Below are positions 37,027 to 49,300 of a stretch of DNA of 64,000 nt, piece after piece. The DNA is from Anthoceros angustus. Lineage: Eukaryota; Plantae; Anthocerotophyta. Location of the stretch: positions 1,327,478 through 1,391,477 of the forward strand of contig MU008158.1 of assembly GCA_010909165.1 (NCBI GenBank), read 5' to 3'. How positions within the stretch are numbered: the first letter of the stretch is position 1; every line of letters starts with the position of its first letter. Made by a program: the position numbers and the translations under genes. The notes beneath the pieces are model-generated. The model was not told the DNA's origin and ran no database searches. It worked only from the letters and a program-made list of their open reading frames with translations.

Positions 37027-38054
37027 TTGCGGTCACCGTGGAGAAGTGAATTTGTTTAATCTAATTTTGACTGCTTGGACATTCATGCATGTTACCGAGG
37101 GGATGCGGGCAATAATGACAAGTCAGGCGGAAGTGGAACAAAGATCAACAATCTTGGCGCCCGCGGTTTCCTTGGGGAAAGGGTGCGGCAAACGAGGCCG
37201 GTTCTCGGGAAGTGGCGTCCGCATCACCTGATGAGATGTTGCTGCTGCCCCTGCTTCTGTGGCCTGGCCTGCGGCGCCAGTGGTGTCAGTGGCCCGCCCG
37301 ATCCGGGTGGCAGGGCCACGCCCAACCGCCATTTCCTCCGACCACGGCATTTCTTTATTTTCCTCGGTATCTGGGATCTCGGCTTTGTGAATTTTCAATG
37401 AAGATGCAAAACAACTACATCCTGAGATAAGCTTCCTGCAATCCAGTCTACCTAGTCTGGTGTGACTCGGGAGCTGTTGTCACTGCTAGTGGCCGCAGGA
37501 GGCATCACTTTCCAGCACGTCGCTGTGGTGCAATCCAGAAGTAAGCAGTAAGCAGTAGGCAGGAAGCTGAACTAGGGGTCTGCAAAACTGTACCCTTGGC
37601 GGTGGCACTAGGTATCTCTTTCATTGGCTGTTCCAGACATTGCCGTGGATCAGCACCAACTCTTGATCAGGTACAGTGCAAGCAACAGCTGTAGTTGCTT
37701 AATCAGCGCAGTCGTTGTGCCACGGATGGTTTAGGCCCGGATGTCATCGACTGCAGGAGTGCCCAGCTGCATCCGGGCCAGCCCGGCTTCCCTACTAGTC
37801 TCCTTCAAGCAGAGAGGCCGTGCGCCCTGTCCCAGCTGCAACTGACGCAATTCGTAGTCCACTTCCCCTTGTTCAGACCCTGCCAAGGAAGACACCTCCC
37901 GACGGTCAAACTCACACACACTCGGACTTCGACAGCAGGAGAGATGCAGCTTTCATACACCTGCCCCATCTTACCTCTTACATGTTGAACTGGTGCTGGG
38001 GACCCCAACTTACACGGCAGGAACAGGCAACAAAGAGCTCTGGCTCAGGACTTG

Positions 38055-40736
38055 TCAGTATGAGTCCCCACATGAGCAGAACCCGTTGCTGAAGTGATGG
38101 ACTCGGTGGGCATCTCTCACGATGATCTCACGCTTCTCTATGCTCGACAGGATTTTGGTGCCGCTATGGCAGTCATTGCACATCCGCAGATTCTTTGTGA
38201 CCAGGAGTGTGGTGCCCTCTGGAGTGTTGAGGAGGCCGTATGCCAGGGCCAGTTTCTCAGCGTGTCCACACAATGCATCCTCCTTTTCCTTGTCGGAGAT
38301 AGGCTTCAGGACCAGCTCTGTTTGGGGTACATGCCCTTCCTTATCCAATCTCACATTCAGACTCCGGAGCTTGGATGAAACATCGGCCCGTTCCCCCCCC
38401 ACAACAAACTCATGGACCTTGCTGTTCACTTCGATCCAAGTCCTTGCAGGCTTCTTGAGAGCACCTGCAGATCTTCTCATCGTCTCTATTCTGTCCACAT
38501 CAGCCCAGCTTCCGGCGTTTGCATAAATACCCGACATGAGCACATAAGCAGCAGCCTCATCAGGCTCTAAACTAACCAGACGATCGAAACATCGCCTTCC
38601 ACGCACAGCATCATCATGGGTTTTGCAGCAGCTCAGCAGAGACCTCCACCCCACAGCGTCCCCTCCCAATGGTAGACCTCGCAACATTCTTTCAGCTTCA
38701 TCAAGGTGGCCAGCACGCCCAAGGAGATCCACCATGCAACTGGTGTGATCCGCTGTAGGCGTGATGGCATGCTCATCCACCATCAGTCTGAAGAAATGTT
38801 GCCCCTCATCCACCATGCCCTCATGACTGCAAGCCTTGAGAAGACCGATAAAAGTGGCATCGTTGGGCTCCACTCCTTCCTGCTGCATGTCTTGGAAACA
38901 CTCCATGGCCATTTGGCAATCACTATGCTGGCTGTAGCCATTCAACAGTGCATTCCAGGACACCACATCTCTGTTCGGCAATCTTTCAAACACTAGGCGG
39001 GCATCTTCCACCCTCCCACACCTCACGTACATGTCCACCAAAGTATTTCCCAAAAACGTTTGAGCTTCCAGCCCCCGTTCCAAGATTTCAGTGTGGATGT
39101 GCTTTCCTGTGCTGACGGCTCCCACACTTCCACATGCTTTCAAGAGGCACACAAAAGTTCTGGCATCAGGTGGACCCACTCTATCGTTAACCATACTTGC
39201 ATACAGATCAAGGGCTTCCTGACCAAGTCCATGCTGAGCATATCCTGCAATAAGGGCAGTCCAACTCACTTTATCCCTTGTACCTAACCTGTCAAATACT
39301 AGTCGAGCATCTCCAAGACTGCCACATTTTGCATACATGTCTATTAAGCTGTTACCAACAACAACCTCTGTCTCCAACCCCCTCTCGCGAATCTCACTAT
39401 GAATAAGCTTGCCTATTCTTATGGCTCCGATGCTGGAGCATGCCTTCATAAGGCACAAATAGGTGACTTTGTTGGCTGGTGCTATGCGATACCTCAGCAT
39501 ACTCAAATACAGATCAAGTGCTTCAAACGCTAGCCCACGCTGGGCATATCCTCCAATCATGGCATTCCATGTCACCACATCCTTCGTGGACAATCTGTCA
39601 AACACTCTGCGGGCCTCCTCCAGGCTTCCACATTTTGCGTACATGTCCACCAGGCTGCTCCCAACATAAGCTTCAAGCCCTCTTCCCCTAATTTCACTGT
39701 GTATCTGCTTTCCCTCACGAAGGGCTCCTAAGCTCGCACATGCTTTTAGTAGGCACACAAAAGTGATGCAAGATGGTAGAGCCATGCCGTCCTTTTGCAT
39801 ACTTGAGTAGAGACTCAGGGATTCCTTACCCTGTCCATTTTGAGCATATCCTGCGATCATTGCGTTCCAGGTCACCACGTCTCTTTCAACCAAGCTGTCA
39901 AACACTGTACGAGCTTCGAGCAAGCTCCCACATTTTGAATACATGTCCACCAAAGCATTTCCAACAAAAATATTGGGCTTCACCAAGCTCTCCCTAATAT
40001 GAGCATGGACCTGCCTCCCAAATGCCAAATCCGCTGCCCTAGCACAAGCCTTCAAAGCTGCCACAAACACATAGTTGTCTGCCTTCAGGGCAGATTCTTG
40101 CAACTGGGCGTAAAGCTTTAGAGCCTGCCCAGGTTGTCCATGTTCGACATATGCTGAAATGATCGACCCCCACACAGATGTATTTCGCACACCTAATTTA
40201 TTGAACAATTGCCCAGCTTCCGACAAACATCCATTGGCACTGTACATGCGGATCATGTGGTCCACGAGAGTCGTATCCGAATCGTACCCACTCCGAGAGA
40301 TAAGAGCATGAGCACATCTCCCAGCGGCCAAATCTCTCTTGGCAGCACATGCCTTCAGAAGGGTCTGAAAGATGCTTTTAGAAAGTAGAGTACCTTGATG
40401 GACCAAGGGGTGGAGCACATTGCATGCCTTACTAAGCTGCCCGTCCTCACATAGTTTCCTCCAGGACCCTACCTCTAACGTCTCTTCATGCATTGTCAAC
40501 CTGCAAAGTTTCAGGGCTCTTAAACAAAAGAAAAGCCTCTTCCACTTGATGATCACAGGCTATGTCGAGTTCACAACATTTCACTGGAAATAAGATCATA
40601 CACCTACCGAAATGGAAATCAAATTCGTACCAGCTAGAGCTCTCAAGATCGACTGAGCCGAGATCAGGCTCTTGGGACTCATGATACCAGCCCGCAGGCT
40701 TCGCTGGCCTGACTGCTTGCTCTGCCCAGAAGCCAT
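38055..40736 (-). CDS. PLS-class PPR protein with E1/E2 and DYW:KP-type deaminase domain
   Basis: About 17 P/L/S motifs, then E1, E2, then KKPARTWIEV..CGHAEKLA..KNLRMCNDCH..CSCGDSY. Main ORF is 38055-40559. The proposed first exon (40736-40608) is inferred; alternative ATG at 40493. Confidence 0.93.
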
Positions 40737-41456
40737 GCCTCCTTGTGCTATATACCGATCCCGGAGACTCTAAGCGTGTCTGCAATGTTCACACATTAGT
40801 CTCCACTGTCACACTTGACAAAGAGAGACCTGGTAAGCAGCCAGTGGTTCACCTCATACGAACCCTTGTCCCACCACTGCAGGGGATCGGCCACAACTGC
40901 CTCCCGCAGCCCCATGGCAGATCTTCGTGGCTCGGCTACTCCCTGCTGCGATCTGTACCATTGGCAAGGATCTGATTTCGAGCCAACTAGACGGCGGCAA
41001 AAGCCACCTTTCGTCATACGCGCTAACACAACCAGCCCGTGTGAAAAGACCGGATATGTTTAAGCGCGGTATTGATCATCCCTCCAGGCCACTCTCGCGG
41101 AGAGGGATTTCCATGCCTTGCTATGAAAAAGAGCGAACCGAAACAGGAAGCACAATCAAATCCATACATCTCGTTACATTTATCAGCGGCAACCGATGTG
41201 TCGGTCTTGTTCTCAAATGGCGAACACCTAGACAATCAAAGTCAGCCCCTGATTGAACCTGTTACGGTGATGCACTGGGAGTTTTCGCAAAACACATCAA
41301 TCTCGACTCTCCAGTAACCTGATGTTACGGCCTACTCGCCCTCCAAACACATCATAACTCTATCTCACTGTACAAACACACACAAAGCTATACCAGAATA
41401 CAAGGCTGCCTGAACTTCCAGCAAAGGAGCCAAGTACGTGGCTTACATATTTCACA

Positions 41457-42804
41457 CTAGCTGTCTGCAATGAGAACTTTTGCCTCAAGCTGATAAGCTT
41501 TGGTGAAGAAGAAGGGCCACGTCAGGTACGTCGCCAGCACTGCACTGAAGGTGGATGCACCCAGCTGCAGGTTTAACACCAGAATTTGGAGCTGAATGGC
41601 TTCTGTCGGTGAGGCACCTCCCATAATGAGCCCAGTCATGGCACCAGGCAAGGAGATGAGTCCCACTGTCTTCAGGTTGTCTACAACTGGGGCAAGCCCC
41701 ACGACAAGAGCCCGCCTTACTTGCTTCAAGGTTGCCTGTCGTGGAGTCGCTCCCAAAGCCAAGGCGGCTTCTATCTGCAGTTGCATACCCACTCTTATAC
41801 TTGCTCATAGGACAGGTTCTGAATACACGAGGGATAGCACCATCCAAGAACCAACCGTGAACGATTGCATGTGCTGCAGGTACTCTAGACACACTTTGGA
41901 CCAGGGCAGCTTGACTTGAAAAAAAGATTTCTTCTCTTAGTAGGGACATACCAAATCTTGCTGCTGTTTGAGGTCATCTCTCAGTCGCTTCAAGGTGACA
42001 CCAGTCACAGACATCGAATTTCCCACCATCATACCAGCCACAGGGATTATGTAGCGAGGTGTGAAGGGGAAGATGTTGAGCACAAATAGGATGCCCATTG
42101 TCAACGCTGTGCCGACTAGAATGGACACTCCTGCAACGTAGGTGGCGTGTGGGACATGCTTGGCACGCTGTCCAGCTGTATAACCTGCGACTGTTACCTG
42201 TAAGAGATGGAATCAGCAGAGACTATCAACCAAGGTGTTCCAGAAGTTTGTCCCAAACACTGGGGCATTCAGTCTACTTGAACAATACCTCCCGAACATC
42301 TCCCCTCACCGACCAGCTCAGAGCATCTCAACTCAACAAGGGACATGCTTGGCACACTGTCCAGCTGTATAACCTGCGACTGTTACCTATAAGAGATGGA
42401 ATCAGCAGAGACTATCAACCAAGGTGTTCCAGAAGTTTGTCCCAAACACTGCGGCATTCAGTCTACTGGAACAATACCTCCCGAACATCTCCCCTCACCG
42501 ACCAGCTCAGAGCATCTTAACTTACCATCAACATGTACGCCATGAAGATCCATCCCACATTCTTCTGCTGGAAGACGAATTCCAGAAAAGTACCGATAAC
42601 GGAAAGTTGAATGAATGCCCGTGTCATGGAATACAGCATCTCCTTTTCTATTCCCAGGCCTTGGGAGAAGGATATCAGCATTGCGGCTACAACAGCGGTT
42701 AGTGCAGCCAAAAGCTTGAAGATCCCACTGGAGTAGTTGTCCCAAATCTGTTGGAAATCTATTTTGCCCACCATGGTGACCACGTTATCTGTCTTCAGCT
42801 CCAT
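41457..42804 (-). CDS. ALS3: UPF0014 ABC-transporter membrane subunit, ALS3/STAR2 family
   Basis: Exons 42804-42526, 42197-41952 and 41774-41457. Motifs RAFIQLSVIG, FTPRYIIPVAGMMVGNSM, ALALGATPRQAT, KTVGLISLPGAMTGLIMGGASP. Confidence 0.93.
42151..42517. repeat. 178-bp direct duplication of ALS3 intron 1 plus start of exon 2
   Basis: 42151-42328 vs 42340-42517, with few substitutions. Confidence 0.92.
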
Positions 42805-43072
42805 GTTGCAGAGCTCTCCGAACAACCGGAATGCTCAACCTCAATCAAAGCCACATTGATGCGCAACCTGATTTCACTTCCCCCTGGAACCAAGGCGTTG
42901 GGATCACGACCTGCGCCCAATCGAGACCAGGTTGCAGAAAGAGGAAACTGCCGAACGCTCTGCGCAAGTTCTTCTTCCGTCCCGCTGAAAGCCCTATATA
43001 TTAGCTGAACCCAGTCGTTCCTGGTTGCTTCCAAGTAAGCGTGAATTAGGAGCTGGCATCGGAAGGAGGGAG
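42805..43072. promoter_or_regulatory. Probable compact bidirectional promoter (268 bp between divergent start codons)
   Basis: Head-to-head ATGs at 42804(-) and 43073(+). Palindromic TATATA at 42995-43000. Confidence 0.55.
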
Positions 43073-44599
43073 ATGGCCTCTGCACGTTCTCGAGCTCGCA
43101 GGCGGCCCCCTGCCAGTAGCGACGAGGAGGATGAAGAGGAATACCAAGTAGCGGCCCAACAACATTCTGGAGACGTCTCAGGAAAGCAGAGCAACAGCGG
43201 CAGCGGCGGGCTGGTCCCTTCCAAATCCACGGTTTATGTCAGCAATCTTGATTTCACTCTTACCAACAGCGACATCCACACCATCTTCAGCACCTGCGGC
43301 AAAATTGGCAAGTAGGTGTTTCTGCAGACGTTGCTTGTGGTCTCTGGATGTGGGACTGTTGCAGGGCTTATGTACGGGTTGTTTCTTCGGTCGCACCCTC
43401 TGCAAGCTTGAGGGATTTCGATTCACCGAACAACGACGGTTTGCTGCTAGGGTGACAGTCATGAAAGACAGAAAATCGAGGCAGAGTAAAGGCGTTGCCT
43501 TCATCCTTTATCTTGCCAGAGAGGATGCTCAAAATGCGGTGCGTTACCACCCCAATTTTGTGCATATTCAGTCGGATCCGACTGGGTTCGAGTTAGCTTC
43601 GAAGAAAGCAGGAGAAGGTTAACATCTCTTTGCTGGTTATGGTTGTCAGGTGCAAGTGATGAATGGGAAGGTTCTGAACAAGCGGACCTTGAAGGTGTCC
43701 ATCGCTGCTGACAATGGCCGGGCAAGGGAATTCATAAGACGACGTGTATGTGCTCATACTATCTCTTGCTCGGAGACCTACCTCTTTTGCTGTGGGTACT
43801 TTGGGCTTGGTACTGTGAAGGCGGTATTATCAATTTCACTTTGTGTGATACTCTCGTGTGACAGGTTTACAAGGATAAAAGTAGGTGCTATGAATGTGGG
43901 CAAGAGGGGCACCTATCTTACGAGTGCCCCAAAAATCAGGTACATCTTCCTCGAAGTTTGCGAGTCTTGTAGGAGGTGCTGGGTATCAACAGAATAGCAC
44001 ACATCACACAGTATTTAGTTTGGTGATGTGCTATTGGTATATTAGCTAGGAGCCAGAGAGCGGCCAATCCCTAAGAAGAGACGAAAAGGACAGTATGGTC
44101 CGGATGATGGAGGTGGAAGGAAGGAGCACGATGAAAGGTTCATTCCGCTACTCACTTTCCTGTGATCATATCCTAGGTTTCAGTACCGTACTTCAGTAGG
44201 ACGTGACAGTTTTGTGGTGTCTTAGTGAGGATGAAGAAGTTGATGAGGCACAGTTTGAAGCGGATGACTGGGCTTCGGTCGTGGCACCACGGTATGCTTC
44301 AGAATGTTTCCGTTTTTCTGAGTCGGTACACCCACTTCGACTTGAGTGTCTCCGATCTGATTGTGCTGCGCTCTGTTCTTGTGAGAAGTGGTGCTCTTGG
44401 GTTTGGAGACTCAGTAGGAGCTCGAAAAGACCAAAAGCAGGTGAAGACTTTGAAGGTGAGATGATCCTAATGCAAGCAAGACGTCCTTTGTGTTGTAGCT
44501 CTTTGACTTCATTAGTGCTGTTCCTGAGGAGGTTGCTTTGTACTGCAGGGACCCAAGAGACGATCAGGATACTTTAGTGATGAAAGTGACGAAGAATGA
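43073..44599 (+). CDS. ZCRB1: U11/U12 snRNP 31-kDa protein (RRM + CCHC zinc knuckle), multi-exon
   Basis: [78 protein letters not shown], and C-terminal [10 protein letters not shown]. Confidence 0.93.
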
Positions 44600-45127
44600 C
44601 GAAGTGATGTCTCTTCACGCTGTTGCCATGAACAGCCAAGATACAAGGATGCCTGAATTCAGCTCCTCACAAAAGCTATGCGTGCCGTGCCGGCGGAGCA
44701 CTCCAAGCGCAATGACCAGGTAAAGATTTTGCTGTGTGCGTGTTTTGCTTGCCGTGCCTTCTCCCTGCTTGCAACCGTTGATTGGAGTCCTTGGTACTCT
44801 CAGATCGCGGTGGGGGGCTTTATGCGAATCCTGCTTCAGAGTAGCCGAAGCATTATCGGCCAGTATCCAGCAATGGTCATAACCGTTTAGCCAAGTAGAC
44901 TAAACTGTTTCCGGCCAAGCAATAGCAAATGCAAAGTCCTCGTAAAACTTGATTCCTTGGTGCAGCAGCGCCTACCTCGATCGGTGGAAGTTGGAACTAG
45001 ACTTCTGATCCCAAAATTTCCGGCAGTTTGAGAACAGTCATATTTGCCACCATTTTAAGTCCTAATATATGGGCTCAGATGCTTTCTCTTACAAGCTTGC
45101 GGTGGTGGCCACTGGGTACGAGCTCCA

Positions 45128-46021
45128 ATGGCTGCTACCATTCCATGCGCGCAGCTGCGGCTCCTCTGCGCTGGTAAATCCCTCCCGCTTGGAAGTACTT
45201 CTCCTTTTGGCCGGCGTTCACGAACCACATTCTCCCAGAGTGTGTTTGAAGCACCGGGTCTTGCTATGCAGAGGAGTCAGGTGCCGTGGGTACAGGTTCA
45301 GGACCTAACATTGCAGGGGTCGGATCGTCGTAACCACTTCAGAAGGAGAAAGGCGCACGCCCTGGTGAATCACATAACCCTAGGGCTTGGCAGGGAGGGA
45401 CACGGGGGAGGGTGGAGTTCTGAGGGCCTCGCAGATGGAGAAGAGGACGAAGACCAGACGGCTAGACCCGGATCTCCTGGTTGTGCTGTAGATGAAGAGA
45501 GACGCATGTTGATAGCAACGTCCCGGAAGTTACAAACGCTGGCAAAAGCAGGGGCAGTAATCGAAGTTCGAGAGGTGGCCGAGGAGATCGCCGCTCTGGA
45601 GGAACAAGGTGTACATGTGGATGCCAGGTTGGTGACGGACCTTATCAATGCTTATATGGCGTGTGGGAAAATGGAGCTTGCTTTGCATACGTTCGACAAG
45701 TACTTTCAACCCGGCAATTTACAGGCTGATGAGGTGGTGATGAGAGTCCTGGTAAGGGGGCTTGGTTCTGCCACCCCACCAGCTTGGGCTACTATTTCTT
45801 CACTGCTCAGCAAAGTGAAGAAGGAGCATGGGATTGACCCTCCGTTAGCCGTGTATAACGAGATGTTACTGATCTGCGCCAAAACTAACGCCGTTGACAA
45901 GGGCAAGCAGATTGTTCAAGAGATGGTACGAAAAGGTTTAGAGCCCGACTTCCACACTCTCAACGTTGTGAAACACAGGAAGATTCTCCGCTCACACATT
46001 AAGAAAATCTTCCAGTTGTAG
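45128..46021 (+). CDS. Small P-class PPR-containing protein, probably organelle-targeted
   Basis: Single-exon 297-aa ORF with a Ser/Arg-rich N-terminus. PPR-like units LVTDLINAYMACGKMELALHTF and VYNEMLLICAKTNAVDKGKQIVQEMVRKGLEPD. Confidence 0.75.
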   Translation: MAATIPCAQLRLLCAGKSLPLGSTSPFGRRSRTTFSQSVFEAPGLAMQRSQVPWVQVQDLTLQGSDRRNHFRRRKAHALVNHITLGLGREGHGGGWSSEGLADGEEDEDQTARPGSPGCAVDEERRMLIATSRKLQTLAKAGAVIEVREVAEEIAALEEQGVHVDARLVTDLINAYMACGKMELALHTFDKYFQPGNLQADEVVMRVLVRGLGSATPPAWATISSLLSKVKKEHGIDPPLAVYNEMLLICAKTNAVDKGKQIVQEMVRKGLEPDFHTLNVVKHRKILRSHIKKIFQL

Positions 46022-46344
46022 AGGCTATTAGATACCTCATCCTAGAACTACAATTACACAAGTCATTTACGTGTCTTGAGCAGCAGTTGACCGCGAGCAG
46101 CGCAGATTAGACCATAATTCAGCAAATGCTGCCAAGCAAACTTTCACACATGCTCGGCCAAATCAAAGACTACGCAGGGAGCGCGGCAAGCACCAGAAGG
46201 GCTTGAAGAAGACAATTGGAAAACTGAATTGTGCACCGGTAAGTCATCTACATGTCATAGAGGACACACAGCAAGACAGGTACATTCAGAAGAGCTGTAA
46301 CTGCTACAGGTGACCCTATACCTCCTCACGAAAGCCGTAACCAG

Positions 46345-49300
46345 TCATTGTCGCTCTCCAAGAGGCTTCTTGACCGCCTTCGACTGCTTGAGGACTCGAA
46401 CCGCATTCGGGAATCGGGAGCCATCGCCAAAATCGGGGTCTGCTGCCACCCGTGCAGCAAGGTCATGGGATAGCACAGCCATGTATGCCTGCCAGACGCA
46501 GGATGCACCCATCCATCACCATACCCATACAAAATATGCCACTTGCAATGCTTCACGCACCCCAATATGCGTCCATCCCAGTTGGAAACACGGACATGCT
46601 CAATGCCGAATCAGAGCATCAGCTGCTATACATGAGATTAGCTCCGACCACTCACCTCTGCAAGCCCTTCTGTGCTCACCACATGCTGGACAAGCTCTGA
46701 CGCATGGAGCTCATTAGCTGAGCCCGTATTCTCCGATGAAAGAGCAGCCGCATTTTCAGCCATGCTCCTCAAAATGTCTTCGGGAGGTTCTCCTTTCTCC
46801 AATTTCTGTGCTGTTCCTTCCAAACCGGTCTGCAAAGCCATGAATAATGAGCAACAGTCTCAACTTGAAAATGCAGAGCCATGTATCAGATGTTGACAAC
46901 TGTGTACCACAAAACGAGTGAGTACACTTGTATTTGCACAAATGCGATCTTCAACAACTCCCACAACGGATAACAAATTTGCAAACAACACAAAATAGCT
47001 CTGATATGATAAAAAAGTCTTTGATCCACCTTTTGTCGTTTAGCAACAGGCGACCCACGAGCATAAACATCACTGAAAGGTCTCTGTGAAGGCATTGACT
47101 GCTGATGGTTGAAATCAGCCGCTAGAGTTTCGGTCCAGGAAGGCACTTCCTCCTGCAACAGCACAACAAGCAAAAACTTTAGAATTCCACTAATATTTGC
47201 TACATGATAGATGAGACATTTTCACAGTTGTCGACACATTTCCAGGATTGAAGAGCCAGCAAAACAGCACCAATCCCCACTCAGCAAGAGACAGGGGCAA
47301 CAGGAACTGGCCTGCGTCAGGGCATCCTTCCATCTCTTTGATCCATCTGGATCTTGGCACAAGTGAGACTCCCCACTCTGAATGCCTGCCTCTGAAATTG
47401 CTCCAGCTCCAGAAGCCTGGTGGGCTGTCCCATCTGTAGTTCTTCCACTGCCCAGCATTTGCGAGACAACTGGTATGACTTGATGTAGCATTGCACCCAA
47501 GTCAAGACCACCTTGACTTTCACGGTCCAGCCGGCTTGGTAAACCCTCTTCCATACCCACCTCATCACCCATGCCTGCCATAACCTGACGGACGATATTT
47601 CCCATAAGAGGACTCCCCATGAGTTGACTCATGATGCCACCAAGCCCTGCAGCAGCATTTCCATCAGCTGATCTAAACAGATCACTTATTGCTGGGTTAG
47701 ACATCAACGGTGCCATAATCTCGCTTCCTCCACTCTGCGTAACACCACGACCACCAAGAAGTGGAAGCAGACCTGCAAACTGCTGCCCCATGGAGTGCTC
47801 AGAAGCATTTTCTTCTGGCCTGCTCTCAGATCTGTCAAGCTGTGACATAAAATTCTGCAGCACATTTGGACCTCCTTGTCCCATCGAACCAGCCTGCGAT
47901 ACAGCTCTGCCTGCATTCCCATCTCCAGCTGGTAGACGCCGAGAGCGTCTTCGAGGCTGCAAGGACACTCTGAGTTAAGATCTATCTTCAAGTAAAGCTG
48001 CATTGAGTCCGACCAGGTTGTCCATAACAAACTCACCCTTGAAGGAAGAGGTTGAAGAACACCAAGTCCCAACCCAACAGGAGGTGCATGATCACCCTCT
48101 TCAGCAGTAGAACCTTTCCCACTATCCTCAATCTGCACCTCTTGTGTACCCTGTGCCACTGGTACAGCCTCTGATGGGCCAGGTTGGTTCTCACTTGTCA
48201 ATGACGAAACACCACCACTGAGATCACTTTTTTGATCCACATCAATATCCATCCCTTCACCTGTCCCAGTGGTTGCGGGTGGCTCTGACAACGGTGCCCC
48301 ATGGGAACTGGCCAGATGGGGGTTGTGCTGTTGGGACTCGTAGTGGCCTGCTTGTCCTCCATCATGGGCATCTACAATTGCGGAATTGTGCTGGTTATCT
48401 CTACCCTCTTGCTGATTGACCTGCACAAAATTAACATCACATCACTACCAGCACAAAGACTGCACTGAATCTCTCAGGCCTTTAGCTTTGATTACTAAAA
48501 CTTCACCTCATGTGCTGGTTCAACAGTTCTGTTTAAACATTTACAGGCAAGAGAAAGGAGAAAAACAGCCCACTTTTCGTGGGGCAATCGATGTTGTGAA
48601 AGCAACTACTAAACGAAGAAACGAATGAACCTGACCATGAAAGACATACTACTTCCATCAGTTCCCTCATTCACAGGAACAGTGAAAACCTGGTCAGTCT
48701 GCTGACGAGAGGCAGATTGGTTATTTTGGTAAGCTTCCATTATCTGCTGCAAGAGTGGACCCACTGATCCCATAAACGAGGTAACCCCAATGCCAGGTGT
48801 TCCAGCACCAGGATTTCTGTCACCACCATCAGCATCAGATGTTGCTCTGCCTGATGAAACGCCAACAGGTACACTGTTAGCAGTTGAAGCAGCTTGCCCA
48901 ACACCAGTACCTGTGCCTAGAAACACAAGCAAAGAATTAAAAGACCTGCACAGGACATACTAGGTACATGGCACTGCAATCACGCAGACCTTTACACAAC
49001 ATACCTATCCTAATGTCTGCTGAGCCAGATGCACCCTGCTGAGAACCCTGCAAATTTTGTCCTCTTGAAGCTGGGGCTTGCTGGATTCGGAACTCTCCAT
49101 TTCCAGAGGGACCAAGAGAAAATGAAATTCCATCAGGGTGAGACAGACCCTGACCGCTCAAGCCCTGAACATGGATTTGGGCTCGGTACGTCGGCTGAGA
49201 GATTGAAGTAAGATGCTCTGGCTGAACGGTTGCAGTAGAATCCAGTGGTGGTGCCACCCCCGACACATTTGCTGTGTTGGCCCCCAAAGGTGAAGGTCTC

